A DNA stretch of 64,000 bases, taken from Candidatus Latescibacterota bacterium. Lineage in GTDB: Bacteria > Krumholzibacteriota > Krumholzibacteriia > WVZY01 > JAKEHA01. The notes beneath the pieces are model-generated. The model did no database searches. It had not been told where the DNA came from and saw only the letters and a list, made by a program, of their open reading frames with translations. How positions within the stretch are numbered: the first letter of the stretch is position 1; each line of letters opens with the position of its first letter. The position numbers were made by a program, and so were the translations under genes. Below, in pieces: positions 1 through 11,047 of this stretch. Location: the NCBI GenBank assembly GCA_963707635.1, contig OY970173.1, forward strand, positions 3,139,432 to 3,203,431, written 5' to 3'.

Positions 1-3000
1 CTCTCCGGACATTGCCGTCGGCCCCGACCACATCCTCCTCGCCACCACCGACCGCTACGCGATCATGGACAAGTGCGGCAACATCCTGGTCGAGGACTTG
101 TTTCGAAACCTGTTCGGCCAGCCGGTATCGCGGTCGTACTACACGCCCAAGGTCGTTTACGACCCCTGGTTCCCGCACTACGTGATGATCTACATCGGCA
201 CCGAAACCAACTACTCGAACAGCGTTCTGTACATTGCCTTCTCGCTGACCGCAGACCCGCTCGGGAGCTGGTCCACTTACATGCTCGACACGAGCGTGGC
301 TTTCCCCGGGCTCAAGGACGCGCCGTCCATCGCGGTGACACCGGGCCAGATTTACATCACGTACAACCAGTTCAACCTGTCGACGTTCGCGTACGAGCAA
401 GTCGTGATGCTCGAGCTCGTCAAGACCGACGTGTACGGGAATGCCCCGCTCTCCTATTTCAGCCACCAGGGCATGACGAACCCGAACGATGCGTCGCCGG
501 CGGTTTCGATTCAACCCGCGCAGATGCGGACCTATGGCGGCGCCATGTACTTCGTGAACAGCTCGCCCTTCGGCAGCAGTTTCATGACGCTCTGGAGGCT
601 GACCGGTTCTCCGGGAGCGTCCGTCCTGACGGCGTTTGACGTCTCCGTGCCGGCCTACACCGCGCCGCCAGACATGGCGCAGCCCGACTTGTCGTTGGTG
701 GAGGCCGGGGATTGCCGCATTCGCGACGCGGTCTACGCCTCCGGAAACATCTACGCGGCGTACACGCGGAACAACGCGGGGTCTCCGACCGTCGAAACGC
801 GTCGGATCGATGTCGAGACGCTGGTCGGCAACGGCATTTTCCTCGGGGGCGGCGATGACATCGCGTACCCGGCGATCGACATCGACGAGAACGACCAGAT
901 CACGATGGCGTATTGCATCACGGGACCGGCGCGGCTGCTTGGAGTCGGGTACAACATCCTCGCGTTCCCCTCGACCGGCATCACCTCCGGCCCGCTCGTG
1001 GTCGGGCTCGCCAACTTCTCGAGCGGTGGCTCCCCCGCCCGGTGGGGTCACTACATCGGTGCGGACCTCGACCCGACCGACGGCCGCACGGTGTGGATCC
1101 AGGGTTGTTACGCCTCCAACGACCCCCTCAATTCGTGGACCACGCGCGTCGGCGCGGTCACCGCGTTTCCGCCCTCGATCTTCGTCGCCAACACGATGTC
1201 GACGACCTCCGTCGCCGGATTCGAGGGCGGACCCTTTGCGCCGGAGCAGATCGACTTCAAGCTCGACAACGCCGGCGGCACCACCATGCGCTGGAGCGCA
1301 TCGGGAGTTCCGTCGTGGCTCACGCCCGAGGCGCTTTCGGGGTCGCTCGATGCCGGGGCGTCGGAGATCGTGAGCTTCTTCGTCGACGCGGATGCGAACG
1401 CGCTGCCGGGGGGCAGCTACGGCGGCACGATTCGCTTCACGAATTGCATGGGTGGCGCGTTCTACGATTTTCCGGTGCTGCTGTCAGTGGGCATCGACGG
1501 CTCGTGTCCCGGCGCGCGTGTGACGCTGGCGCCCCCCTTCGCCCCAACCGGCTCCCTGTACACCGTCGGCGCCGAAGCCGGTACGTTCGTGACGTCGATC
1601 GAAGACGTCGCCGTGTGCGCGATCGGCGTCCAGGCGGCGCTCGATACCCCGCAGATCATCACGGTAGCCGTGTATGCCGCTGATGGCATCACTCGCCTCG
1701 CGCCGATCGCAACCAACTTCGCTTTGGCGGTCACAGCCGGCACGACTGCCATGCACTACGTCCCGCTCGAAGTGTACCTGGACGCGTGTCAGGAGTACGA
1801 CATCGCCGTCAGCTTCGACGCCGGCGCGACCTGGGTGTACTGGGACGACACGCAGCCCGGGCTTCTGCCCGGCGACGTCGGCGGGTTGATGCGGCTACGC
1901 GATGCCGAGGCCGCAGGCAACGCTGCCTCCACTTTCATGCCGCAAATCGTGCTCATCACCGAGGGCGAAGCGTGCACGAACTCCACCAGCCTCGACGCTG
2001 GCGCGGGAGAGGGCTTCGAAGTTACCGCCAGCACCGCGCAGGGTCTGTTCGTGCAACCGGAGCGCACGCTGCGATTGTGCTCGCTCGCGCTGCAGGCCGA
2101 TCTCACGCCCGGGGCGGCCCTCACCGCCCGCGTCTACTCGGTGTTCGGGAGCACGCGCACCGCCCTGCTCGCGGAAGGGACGACCATCGTCACGTCGCCG
2201 CTATTCACGTTCCACGACGTCCCGATCTCGCAGGTGCTGCTGGCCGGCAGCCAGTACGATCTCGAGGTCGAGTTCGAAGGCACGGGCGGATGGTGGAGCT
2301 ACTCGACGCCGCCCGCCATCATTCCGTACTCGGTCGACAACACGATGCAAGTGTACGGGGGTGAAGCAGCGGGGGTGGTGACATCGCTCCTCCCCCGCCT
2401 GCGCCTCGCCTGGACGGATCTATCCGCGGGAACGCCGTTCGACCTGGCCAAGCCGGGTGGTGGCGTCCCACTCACGAGCGGCGGTGCGTTGACGCACGGC
2501 GCGTACATAACGGCGCTCGCAGACCAGGAGGTTTACGGGCTCGGCGTGATGGCCGACGTTCCCAAGGGCGAGTACGTCCTCGCATTCCTGTACGAAGCGA
2601 CCGGAACCACGCGCGGCCCGTTCGTGACGTCGGGCATCGTGACCTCCGACGGCGCGGGCATGCAGTGGCACGACATTCCCATCTCGGCGAGTCTGACGGC
2701 GGGCCAGTACGACATCATGTTCAGCGCTCCGTCTGCCACTTCGTGGCCGTACTGGAACGACAGCCCCGGGCTCCCCTACGACGCGTATGGATGGATCCGG
2801 GTCAGAGACGCCGAAGCGGGCGGGGTCGTGGGCACCAGTTTTCTCGCCCACATGCGCGTTCACGCCTGCAATCCGGTGCTCACTGCCGTTGGCGACAGGC
2901 CGCAGCGCGCGCCGATGCTGCTCGACCCGCCGGCGCCGAACCCGGCCACGGGAGTCGTTCGCTTCGGGTACTCGATCGATGAAGCGGGAGAGCTGGAGAT

Positions 3001-3175
3001 CGCCGTTTACGACGCGCGCGGCGCGCGGGTCGCCGATGTCGCGCGCGTGCCCCACGCCGGCGTGGGGCGCAGCGCAGTGGACTTCGACGCGCGGAAGCTA
3101 CCGAGCGGGGTCTACTTCGTGAAGCTCACGACCCCGACGAAGTCGACGTCACGGAAGTTCGTGGTGATGCACTGA
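1..3175 (+). CDS. Large secreted/surface protein (5'-partial) with a BACON-like domain, three ~153-aa internal repeats and a C-terminal FlgD-Ig/T9SS-type-A-like sorting domain
   Basis: Frame is open from base 2 (SPDIAVGPDH...) through the ORF at 65-3175. BACON-like segment 'FKLDNAGGTTMRWSASGVPSWLTPEALSGSL'. C-terminus 'PNPATGVVRFGYSI...VYDARGARV...LPSGVYFVKL'. Confidence 0.75.
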   Translation, partial: SPDIAVGPDHILLATTDRYAIMDKCGNILVEDLFRNLFGQPVSRSYYTPKVVYDPWFPHYVMIYIGTETNYSNSVLYIAFSLTADPLGSWSTYMLDTSVAFPGLKDAPSIAVTPGQIYITYNQFNLSTFAYEQVVMLELVKTDVYGNAPLSYFSHQGMTNPNDASPAVSIQPAQMRTYGGAMYFVNSSPFGSSFMTLWRLTGSPGASVLTAFDVSVPAYTAPPDMAQPDLSLVEAGDCRIRDAVYASGNIYAAYTRNNAGSPTVETRRIDVETLVGNGIFLGGGDDIAYPAIDIDENDQITMAYCITGPARLLGVGYNILAFPSTGITSGPLVVGLANFSSGGSPARWGHYIGADLDPTDGRTVWIQGCYASNDPLNSWTTRVGAVTAFPPSIFVANTMSTTSVAGFEGGPFAPEQIDFKLDNAGGTTMRWSASGVPSWLTPEALSGSLDAGASEIVSFFVDADANALPGGSYGGTIRFTNCMGGAFYDFPVLLSVGIDGSCPGARVTLAPPFAPTGSLYTVGAEAGTFVTSIEDVAVCAIGVQAALDTPQIITVAVYAADGITRLAPIATNFALAVTAGTTAMHYVPLEVYLDACQEYDIAVSFDAGATWVYWDDTQPGLLPGDVGGLMRLRDAEAAGNAASTFMPQIVLITEGEACTNSTSLDAGAGEGFEVTASTAQGLFVQPERTLRLCSLALQADLTPGAALTARVYSVFGSTRTALLAEGTTIVTSPLFTFHDVPISQVLLAGSQYDLEVEFEGTGGWWSYSTPPAIIPYSVDNTMQVYGGEAAGVVTSLLPRLRLAWTDLSAGTPFDLAKPGGGVPLTSGGALTHGAYITALADQEVYGLGVMADVPKGEYVLAFLYEATGTTRGPFVTSGIVTSDGAGMQWHDIPISASLTAGQYDIMFSAPSATSWPYWNDSPGLPYDAYGWIRVRDAEAGGVVGTSFLAHMRVHACNPVLTAVGDRPQRAPMLLDPPAPNPATGVVRFGYSIDEAGELEIAVYDARGARVADVARVPHAGVGRSAVDFDARKLPSGVYFVKLTTPTKSTSRKFVVMH

Positions 3176-3190
3176 GCGAGCGCCGGACCT

Positions 3191-4883
3191 CTACCGCGCG
3201 ATCACCATCTTGCGCGTGATCGTCTCTCCCGACGCACTCACGCGACAGAAGTAGACACCGCTCGGCAGCAAGCGACCCGCGTTGTCACGACCGTTGAATT
3301 CGACGCGACGCGATCCGGCCACGTCGGCGAGGGTCGCGGTGCGCACGGCGCGCCCCGCGACGTCGAAGACCTCGAGCTGAACCGTGGACGGCGTGGCCAG
3401 TTCGATGTCGAGCGACGCCGTGCCGCTGAACGGATTCGGGTAGACCCCGCTCACGAGCAGTGAAGGCACCCGCGCGAGTCCCGACACGGCGGTCGGAATC
3501 TCTCCGGACGCGTTCAGGTGCTGCGCGTAGATGTCAGTCGGGCCGTTTCGAGAGTCGTACCACGTGACGATCGCTCCCGCGGCGCCATCCGATGCGATCG
3601 TGGGACTCCCCTTGTCGCTCACGGCGGTCGAGAGAATGACGCCGTCGCCCGTCCACTGGGGAACGCCCGAGGTATCCACCCGCTGGGCGTAGACGTCGAG
3701 CGTCGTCCCATTGCGATAGTCACTCCACGTGACGATCGCTCCGCCGGCGCCGTCGGCAACGAGCGCGGGAAAGTACTGGTCGCCCGCGGCGGTACAGAGC
3801 GCGACCCCGTTGGCCGTCCACTGCGCGGCTCCCAGGGCGCTCACCCGGCGGACGTAGATGTCGTAGCCCGTCACGGCGCTCCGATTGTCCATCCATGTGA
3901 CGATCGCTCCCCCGGAACCGTCCGCGATGATCGTGGGAGTCGTGGCCTGGTTGGTCGAGGCGGTTTTCAGCGCGACCCCATCCCCCGTCCACTGCGGAAC
4001 CCCCAGGTCGCTCACCCGCTGGACGTAGACTCCGCGGGCGCCGCTGCGACCGTCAAACCACGTCACGACCGCTCCCCCGAAACCATCCGCAGCGATCTTG
4101 GGGTCGATCTGACCGGCCGAGAGGCCACACACGAGAACACCGTCGGGCGTCCACTGCGGGACCCCGGAAGGGTTCATTCGCTGCGCGTAGATGTCGTTGT
4201 TGCCGCCGCCTCGTGTGTCCTGCCAGGTCACGATCACTCCCCCGGCGCCGTCGGTTGCCGCCGCCGGCAGCGTCTGGTTGCTCGCGGCGGCGCAGACGGC
4301 AATCCCGTTGGCCCCCCACTGGACACTCCCCGCGGCGTCCACCCGCTGGGCGTAGATGTCATAGGTCGACCCGTTCCGACGGTCATGCCATGCGACGATC
4401 GCGCCCCCCGCACCATCCTCAACGAGCCCGCTTGGGACCTGGTCGTCCGCTGCGGTACAGAGGGCGACCCCGTCGGGCGTCCACTGGACCGCCCCGGAGG
4501 CGTCGATGCGCTGGGCGTAGACATCGACCGCAGAGCCGTTTCGATAGTCCAGCCACATGACGATCGCCCCTCCGGCACCGTCGGAGACGATCCTCGGTTC
4601 GGACTGGTCGCTGGCGGCGAGACAGAGGGCGACCCCGTCCGGTGTCCACTGGGGCATCCCGGCGGCGTCCACCCACTGGGCGTAGATGTCCGTGGTGGTG
4701 CCGTTTCGATAGTCGCTCCACGTCACAATCGCTCCCGCCTGCACCGTCGGAGACGATCGTGGGTATCTGCTGGTTGTCCGCGTAGGTGCACAACGGGTTG
4801 CCGTCCAGCGGCCACGTGGCATGAGCGACCACGGGGAGCGTGAATGAGAGCGCAAGGATGAGGGTAATTCGCAATGATCGCAT
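3191..4883 (-). CDS. Secreted protein with eight ~55-aa repeats and a C-terminal FlgD-Ig-like domain (one frameshift near 4735)
   Basis: Signal peptide MRSLRITLILALSFTLPVVAHA from the ATG at 4883 joins the 3191-5026 frame at an extra G (ggcgggagcg). Repeat consensus WTxDGVxxCxAxxDQxxPxIxxDGAGGAIVxWxDxRNGxxxDIYAQRxDxxG. Tail YPNPF...LPSGVYFCRV. Confidence 0.8.
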
Positions 4884-5009
4884 CGGGTGCCCCCTTCTGG
4901 AGATACAGGTGAAACGGAAGAGTCGCGAAAGGTAGGACGGGCCCCGGGCGGTTCTGTCACACGAAATTTGCCGGTGCCCGACAAGTCCAAGGAAAGCGGA
5001 TGGAGATAA

Positions 5010-5895
5010 CTACTGACCAAGGCCAATCTCCTTCAGATACTTCTCGTCGCCTTCGGCGTGGAGCTTCCAGTACGCGAGCCGCTTCGAACCCGCCAGCTCG
5101 CCGGAGACGTCCGGTGGGAGTGACCACTTGATGATGCGGTGCGGATAGGCGGCTTCGATCAGGAATGCACCCGCGCGACCGTCCGCCACATGGACGTCAT
5201 AGCGCATCGCCGTGAACGATCCGGCTGGAACTGTGACCGATTCTGGCTTGCTCGCGCGGATGATCGTCGCCTGCGTCCATTCGAGCGGATGGTGGGAAAG
5301 CCGTGAGAACAGAGACGCCGGGCAGGTACGGCACTGCGCGCGACTCTCCGGCGGCAAGAAACTCCTGGCGCAGTCCGCGCAGCGCGATGAACAACTCGTC
5401 TTCCATCAGGCCGCCCGCCGGCCGGCCGAGCACGATCGGTCCGGACTCGTCTTCGAAGTAGCTGGAGTAGCTGCCGCGGATTTCCTTCGGCTGGATGATC
5501 ATCTCCGAATAGACCTGGCCGCACCACTCCGCGCTCGAGAACGATACTTTGACGGGCTCCATGGTGGCGGTGCGCACGAACACCGACACCATCGTGTTGT
5601 AGTCGTAGATGCCGGTCTGAAAATCCCGGACAAGATTCAATTTGAGCACGTCGATGGTGTCTTTCGGGTCGCTCGGTGGGCGCTCTTCCTTGACGCGCTT
5701 CGATTCGCTGAAGGGCTCGGTGACGAAGATCATCACCGCGGTGCCGGCGCGATCCTGCCCGTAGCGCGAGATGACCAGCCGATAGCCGTCCAGCTCGGCC
5801 TGGCCGTCGCGCCAGTGGGAGTCGAACTCGTCCGCGCTCGCGCCGGCCGCCGGCAGCAGCGCGGCGAGCAGCAGGATCTTCCACGCGGCCCTCAT
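5010..5895 (-). CDS. Conserved secreted hypothetical protein (frameshift near 5315)
   Basis: Signal peptide MRAAWKILLLAALLPAAGASA, then motifs W-x-DG-x-AEL, VLKLN...FQTGIYDY and EWCGQVY. The C-terminus continues in the 5010-5357 frame. Confidence 0.65.
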
Positions 5896-6285
5896 CTGCT
5901 TTTCTCCGATCTCCGCGAAGGGGCCTTCTTCGCTTTCGCCCGCGCGGGGCGTTTCCTGCGACGCGCCTCCTGCACGGTCGACGGCCTCGCGCGCCCATGC
6001 GCACAGCTCGCGGTCGTCCTCGAGGACGTCCACCGGGACTTCGTAGTAGCTGCTCATGATTTCTCCAGGCGCGTATTCGAACGGCTTCATGCCCTGCTCG
6101 ATGTAGCGCTTCCTCGATTCGTCGCCGGTCAAAAAGTACAGCCGTCCCTCGTCGATGAGTCCGAAGAAGGACGCATCCTGGTAGAGCCCGATGGCTCCGA
6201 ACATGCGCTTCGCGCTCACACCGGGAAGGCGCGCGAGCTGGTCCCTGACGAACTCGAGAAAATCCTGATCCCGCGCGGGCGCCAT
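5892..6285 (-). CDS. TfoX/Sxy N-terminal domain protein (frameshift near 5975)
   Basis: 'KRMFGAIGLY...FGLI...LYF...PFEY...SYYEVPVDVLED...WAREA'. The shifted frame gives a K/R-rich tail ending in a TGA that overlaps the next gene's ATG (ATGA). Confidence 0.8.
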
Positions 6286-6369
6286 GATCCTGACTCTAGC
6301 ACGACGGCAACCGGCTGTCGCGCGGCTGCCCGCCGTGGTATCGTCCCCGGGAATCCAGGAGGTCGTGTC

Positions 6370-7200
6370 ATGCCAAAGCCCTCTTTCGAAACCGGTATCC
6401 TCGTACTGTGCACGCTCGTGCTCGCCGGCGGCTGTTCGAAGAAGAAAAGTCAGAGCGAAGAACACGCCGCGCCCGCGGCCGAGACGGCCGCCCCCGCCGA
6501 CGTGCCTCGCATCGTACTCGACATGATCGACGCGCACGGCGGGATGGTGCCGTGGCGTTCCGCGGGAACGGTCTCCTTCGAAGACGAGTTCACTTCACCG
6601 GGCGGGCCGCCGGAGGTCTCGCGCGTGATGGTCGACCAGCGTACCCGGCGCGCGTACATCGATTTTCCGGGGACGGATATGAGCCTCACCTGGGATGGCC
6701 GGAAGGCCTGGGGCATGAACTGGAAGTCGACGACTCCGCCGCGCTTCCTGGCCCTGCTGAACTACTACTTCGTCAATCTTCCATGGCTCACGATGGATCC
6801 GGGGGTCGAGCTCGCGGCGCATGGCGCCGCGCTCATGGGGGCCGACTCGACCGAGTACGCGATCGTGATGATGACCTTCGCCCCCGGCACGGGTGATACC
6901 CCCGACGACTACTACCGCCTCTACATCGACCCGCAGACGAAGCGGCTCAAGGGGTTCGCGTACGTGGTCACCTACCAGGCGCTGCTTCCCCCGGGCATGG
7001 AGTCCACGCCCGAGCACCTGCTCGTGTACGACGCCTTCGAGACCGTGAATGAGTTGGTGGTACCGACCGCCTATACGATCTACGAGAACGGCGCGCTCTA
7101 CGCGACCTGCGCCATTCGGAACTGGACCTTTGGCGCGCCATTCGACGAGGCTCGGATGACCATGCCGGAGGGGGCGGTCGTGGACACGACCACCCCCTGA
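6370..7200 (+). CDS. Putative lipoprotein (DUF6503-like)
   Basis: GGAGG RBS, lipobox-like LAGGC, and 'IDAHGG...W', 'YYFVNLPW...DPG', 'GDTPDDYY' motifs. Confidence 0.6.
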   Translation: MPKPSFETGILVLCTLVLAGGCSKKKSQSEEHAAPAAETAAPADVPRIVLDMIDAHGGMVPWRSAGTVSFEDEFTSPGGPPEVSRVMVDQRTRRAYIDFPGTDMSLTWDGRKAWGMNWKSTTPPRFLALLNYYFVNLPWLTMDPGVELAAHGAALMGADSTEYAIVMMTFAPGTGDTPDDYYRLYIDPQTKRLKGFAYVVTYQALLPPGMESTPEHLLVYDAFETVNELVVPTAYTIYENGALYATCAIRNWTFGAPFDEARMTMPEGAVVDTTTP

Positions 7201-7209
7201 AAACCGGGC

Positions 7210-7343
7210 TGGCGCGGACGCGAGGAATCCCGTATACTAGCCCCAGTCAACTGGTTATCCGATAACCTCCCCTCCTGGAATCGTCCGTTGATTCGCGGGG
7301 AGGTTTTCATTACCCTTCAAATAGGACTAAATCAGTGCGATTA
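7210..7343 (+). promoter_or_regulatory. Putative suf promoter, leader hairpin and Rrf2/IscR-like operator
   Basis: -10-like TATACT at 7233-7238. Inverted repeat AACCTCCCC (7264-7272) / GGGGAGGTT (7297-7305). AT-rich box AAATAGGACTAAATCAGTGCGATTA at 7319-7343. Confidence 0.45.
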
Positions 7344-7385
7344 AATGAGCTGCCAGATCGCCCGCGTCCCACCGCGGAGGCACCC

Positions 7386-8858
7386 ATGTCCGAAGCCAAA
7401 CCGATCCCGGACTCGATGGCTCCCATCCAGGAGCGAATCTCCAAGGATTACGAGTGGGGATTCGTCACCGAGATCGAGGAAGACAAGCCGCCCAAAGGGC
7501 TGAGCGAGGACGTCGTCCGCGCCATCTCCGCGCGCAAGCGCGAACCGGAGTGGCTGCTCGAATGGCGGCTGCGGGCGTACCGCGCGTGGGTCAAGATGGG
7601 GATGGAAGAGCCGACGTGGGCCAACATCCATCACCCGAAGATCGACTTCCAGGACATTCATTACTACTCGGCGCCCAAGCAGGCCGGCGATCGCCCCAAG
7701 TCGCTCGACGAGGTGGACCCGGAAGTGCGCCGCACCTTCGACAAGCTGGGCATCCCGCTGGTCGAGCAGATGCGGCTCTCGGGCGTGGCGGTGGACGCCG
7801 TGTTCGACTCGGTGTCGGTGGCGACCACGTTCAAGGAGAAGCTCTCCGCGCTCGGCATCGTCTTCTGCTCGTTCTCGGAGGCCGTCGAGACGCACCCCGA
7901 GCTGGTGCGCAAGGCGCTCGGCACGGTGGTCCCCTACAATGACAACTTCTACGCGGCGCTCAATTCGGCCGTTTTCAGCGATGGGTCGTTCGTGTTCGTG
8001 CCGGCGGGGGTCCGCTGCCCGATGGAGCTCTCGACCTACTTCCGCATCAACGCCCGCGAGACCGGACAGTTCGAGCGCACGCTGATCGTGGCGGAAAAGG
8101 GCGCGTACGTGAGCTACCTCGAAGGCTGCACGGCGCCGATCCGCGACGAGAACCAGCTGCACGCCGCCGTGGTGGAGCTGATCGCCGAGGAAGACGCGAC
8201 CGTCAAGTACTCGACGGTTCAGAACTGGTACCCGGGCGACAAGGAAGGCAAGGGCGGCATTTATAATTTTGTGACCAAACGCGGCGAGTGCCGCGGCGCC
8301 CGCGCGAAGATCTCGTGGACCCAGGTCGAAACTGGCTCCGCGATCACGTGGAAGTACCCGAGCTGCGTGCTGACCGGCGACGATTCGACTGGAGAATTCT
8401 ACTCGGTGGCACTCACCAACAACTACCAGCAGGCCGACACCGGGACCAAGATGATCCACCGCGGCAAGAACACCAAGAGCACCATCATCTCGAAGGGCAT
8501 CTCGGCCGGTCATGGCAACAACAGCTACCGCGGGCTGGTGAAGATCGAGAAGAACGCGGTGAATGCGCGCAACTTCACGCAGTGCGACTCGATGCTGATC
8601 GGCGACAAGTGCGGCGCGCACACGTTCCCGTACATCGAGGTCGGCAACACGAGTTCGTGCGCGGAGCACGAAGCCACGACGTCGAAGATCGGCGAAGACC
8701 AGCTCTTCTACTGCCGCGCGCGCGGCATCTCGAACGAAGACGCGGTCCACATGATCGTCAACGGCTTCTGCCGCGACGTGTTTGCCGTGCTCCCCATGGA
8801 GTTCGCCGTTGAAGCACAGCGGCTCCTGGCCGTGAGTCTCGAAGGCTCAGTAGGATAG
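7386..8858 (+). CDS. sufB: Fe-S cluster assembly protein SufB
   Basis: GGAGG RBS. Motifs [64 protein letters not shown]. Confidence 0.97.
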   Translation: MSEAKPIPDSMAPIQERISKDYEWGFVTEIEEDKPPKGLSEDVVRAISARKREPEWLLEWRLRAYRAWVKMGMEEPTWANIHHPKIDFQDIHYYSAPKQAGDRPKSLDEVDPEVRRTFDKLGIPLVEQMRLSGVAVDAVFDSVSVATTFKEKLSALGIVFCSFSEAVETHPELVRKALGTVVPYNDNFYAALNSAVFSDGSFVFVPAGVRCPMELSTYFRINARETGQFERTLIVAEKGAYVSYLEGCTAPIRDENQLHAAVVELIAEEDATVKYSTVQNWYPGDKEGKGGIYNFVTKRGECRGARAKISWTQVETGSAITWKYPSCVLTGDDSTGEFYSVALTNNYQQADTGTKMIHRGKNTKSTIISKGISAGHGNNSYRGLVKIEKNAVNARNFTQCDSMLIGDKCGAHTFPYIEVGNTSSCAEHEATTSKIGEDQLFYCRARGISNEDAVHMIVNGFCRDVFAVLPMEFAVEAQRLLAVSLEGSVG

Positions 8859-8956
8859 CGCGGGTGGCGCCGACGGGCGCCCGCGCGGCGAGCGAGTCTA
8901 GTGCGTAGGCGCGGACGAAGCGAGCCGCAGCGGGCTGTCGGCGACAGGACCCGCGC
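8858..8956. repeat. Intergenic structured palindromic element, copy A
   Basis: GCGCGGGT-GG-CGCCGAC...GTCGGCG-ACAGG-ACCCGCGC; shares its core with copies at 34401 and 35024. Confidence 0.65.
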
Positions 8957-8970
8957 GTAGTCACAGAGGG

Positions 8971-9723
8971 ATGGAGACACGAATGCTAGAGATCAAGAAC
9001 CTCCACGCGAGCGTGGAGGACAAGAAAATACTCAAGGGCGTGAACCTCACCGTCAAGGCCGGCGAGATCCACGCCATCATGGGTCCGAACGGCTCCGGTA
9101 AGAGCACGCTCGCCCAGGTGCTCGCCGGGCGCGACACCTTCGACGTTACCGAGGGGGAAATCATCCTCGACGGCGAGAACATCCTCGAGCTGGCCCCGGA
9201 GGAGCGCGCCACCCGCGGCGTCTTTCTCGCCTTCCAGTATCCGGTCGAGATCCCGGGCGTGCGCAACAACTACTTCCTCAAGACCGCGCTCAACGCGGTC
9301 CGCAAGGCGCGGGGCGAGAAGGAACTCGACGCAATGGAGTTTCTGAAACTCGTCAAGGGCAAGATGAAACTCCTCAAGATCGACGAGAGCTTCATGAACC
9401 GCTCCGTCAATGAGGGATTCTCCGGCGGCGAGAAGAAGCGCAATGAGATCCTGCAGATGGCGATCCTGGACCCGAAGCTGTGCGTGATGGACGAAACCGA
9501 CTCCGGCCTCGATATCGACGCGCTGCGTGTCGTGGCCAGCGGTGTCAATGCACTGCGCAGCCCCGAACGCGCCGTCGTAGTCATCACCCACTACCAGCGC
9601 CTGCTCAATTACATCGTGCCCGACATCGTGCACGTGTTCGTCGACGGCCGCATCATAAAAACCGGTGGAAAGGAACTAGCATTAGAGCTCGAGAAGGAAG
9701 GGTACGCGGAGGTCGCGGGATAA
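8971..9723 (+). CDS. sufC: Fe-S cluster assembly ATPase SufC
   Basis: Walker [50 protein letters not shown]. The start may be the ATG at 8983. Confidence 0.97.
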   Translation: METRMLEIKNLHASVEDKKILKGVNLTVKAGEIHAIMGPNGSGKSTLAQVLAGRDTFDVTEGEIILDGENILELAPEERATRGVFLAFQYPVEIPGVRNNYFLKTALNAVRKARGEKELDAMEFLKLVKGKMKLLKIDESFMNRSVNEGFSGGEKKRNEILQMAILDPKLCVMDETDSGLDIDALRVVASGVNALRSPERAVVVITHYQRLLNYIVPDIVHVFVDGRIIKTGGKELALELEKEGYAEVAG

Positions 9724-9724
9724 C

Positions 9725-11041
9725 ATGCCGGGCGTTGCCGCATACGAGAGCACCTTCAACGCGCTGGAGCCGGCGCTGCGCGCGGCCGGCCCGGCGTGGG
9801 TGCACGACCTGCGCCGCCGGGGACTGGATCGTTTCCGTGAGCTGGGATTCCCGACGCTGCGCGAGGAGGAGTGGCGCTTCACGCGCACCCGCCCGATCGC
9901 CGAGCTGGACTTCGCTCCCGCGCGGGAGTCGCGGGCGGTCGATTCCGCAACCATCGTGGCACGAACCTTCGACGACGCCGGTTGCGTCCGCGTGGTGCTC
10001 GTCAACGGCCGTGCGGCGATGCCGGCAGCCTCGCCGCTCCCGAAAGGCGTTTGGGTGGGAAGCCTCGCCACCGCGCTCACCGAGCGTGGCGACCGCGTCC
10101 GCGCGGTGTTGAGCCGCGGCGTCGACCTCGACAAGCAGCGCTTTGCCGCGCTCAACACGGCCTTCCTCGCCGACGGCGTGTTCATCGAGGTGGCGGATGG
10201 CGCCGTCATCGAGCAGCCGATTCACATTGTCCACATCACCGTCCCCGGCGACGCACCCGCGATGACGCACCCGCGTCTCGTCGTCGCCATCGGCCAAAAC
10301 GCGCAGGCCTCGGTGGTCGAGAGCTACGTGACCACCGGCGGGGGTCCGTACTTCACCAACGCCGTCTCCGAGCTGCGGTGCGGCGAAAACGCGACCCTCA
10401 CCCACTGCAAGGTGCAGCGAGAGGACCTTCGCGCCTTCCACGTCGCCATGCAGCACGCGGTGCTCGCCGCCCACTCGCGCTTTTCGACTCTGGGCATATC
10501 GATGGGCGGGGCGCTGGTTCGTAACGACGTCCACACCATCCTCGACGGCGAAGGCATCGACGCCCGCGTCGACGGGCTCTACCTGGCCGGCGGACGCCAG
10601 CACGTCGACAGCCATACCTTCATCCACCACGCCAAACCGCACTGCCACAGCTTCGAGCTGTACAAGGGCGTGCTCGACGACCACGCGCGCGGCGTGTTCA
10701 ACGGACGCATCTACGTGGACCCGATCGCGCAGAAGACCGACGCCAAGCAGGAGAACAACTGCATCCTGCTCTCCGACGACGCGCGCATCAACTCGAACCC
10801 GCAGCTGGAAATCTTCGCCGACGACGTCAAGTGCACGCACGGCGCCGCCATCGGCAAGACCGACGACGACGCTCTGTTCTATCTGCGCTCGCGCGGGATC
10901 GCGGCCCAGGACGCACGCGACCTGATCGTGTACGCGTTCGCGAGCGAGGTCGTCGAACGCATCGGTATCGAGCCCCTGAAGCAGGCGCTCGAGAAAGAGG
11001 TCTTTGACTGGCTGGAGCAGGCTCGCGCCGCGCGTGGGTAG
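9725..11041 (+). CDS. sufD: Fe-S cluster assembly protein SufD
   Basis: EEWRFT, GVFNGRIYV, AQKTDAKQ, PQLEIFADDVKCTHGA, LFYLRSRGI; operon position. Confidence 0.95.
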   Translation: MPGVAAYESTFNALEPALRAAGPAWVHDLRRRGLDRFRELGFPTLREEEWRFTRTRPIAELDFAPARESRAVDSATIVARTFDDAGCVRVVLVNGRAAMPAASPLPKGVWVGSLATALTERGDRVRAVLSRGVDLDKQRFAALNTAFLADGVFIEVADGAVIEQPIHIVHITVPGDAPAMTHPRLVVAIGQNAQASVVESYVTTGGGPYFTNAVSELRCGENATLTHCKVQREDLRAFHVAMQHAVLAAHSRFSTLGISMGGALVRNDVHTILDGEGIDARVDGLYLAGGRQHVDSHTFIHHAKPHCHSFELYKGVLDDHARGVFNGRIYVDPIAQKTDAKQENNCILLSDDARINSNPQLEIFADDVKCTHGAAIGKTDDDALFYLRSRGIAAQDARDLIVYAFASEVVERIGIEPLKQALEKEVFDWLEQARAARG

Positions 11042-11047
11042 CGAACC

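Noticed and set aside
3500..4820. DNA repeats as a CRISPR array or a DGR
   Set aside because: The ~165-bp period is codon-degenerate and explained by protein repeats. There are no identical direct repeats with spacers, cas genes or reverse transcriptase.
5197..6537. Apparent fusion of TfoX to the secreted hypothetical protein in one 446-aa ORF
   Set aside because: A single-base shift near 5975 restores a K/R-rich TfoX tail and an ATGA overlap, and the second protein has its own signal peptide. Likely an indel error.
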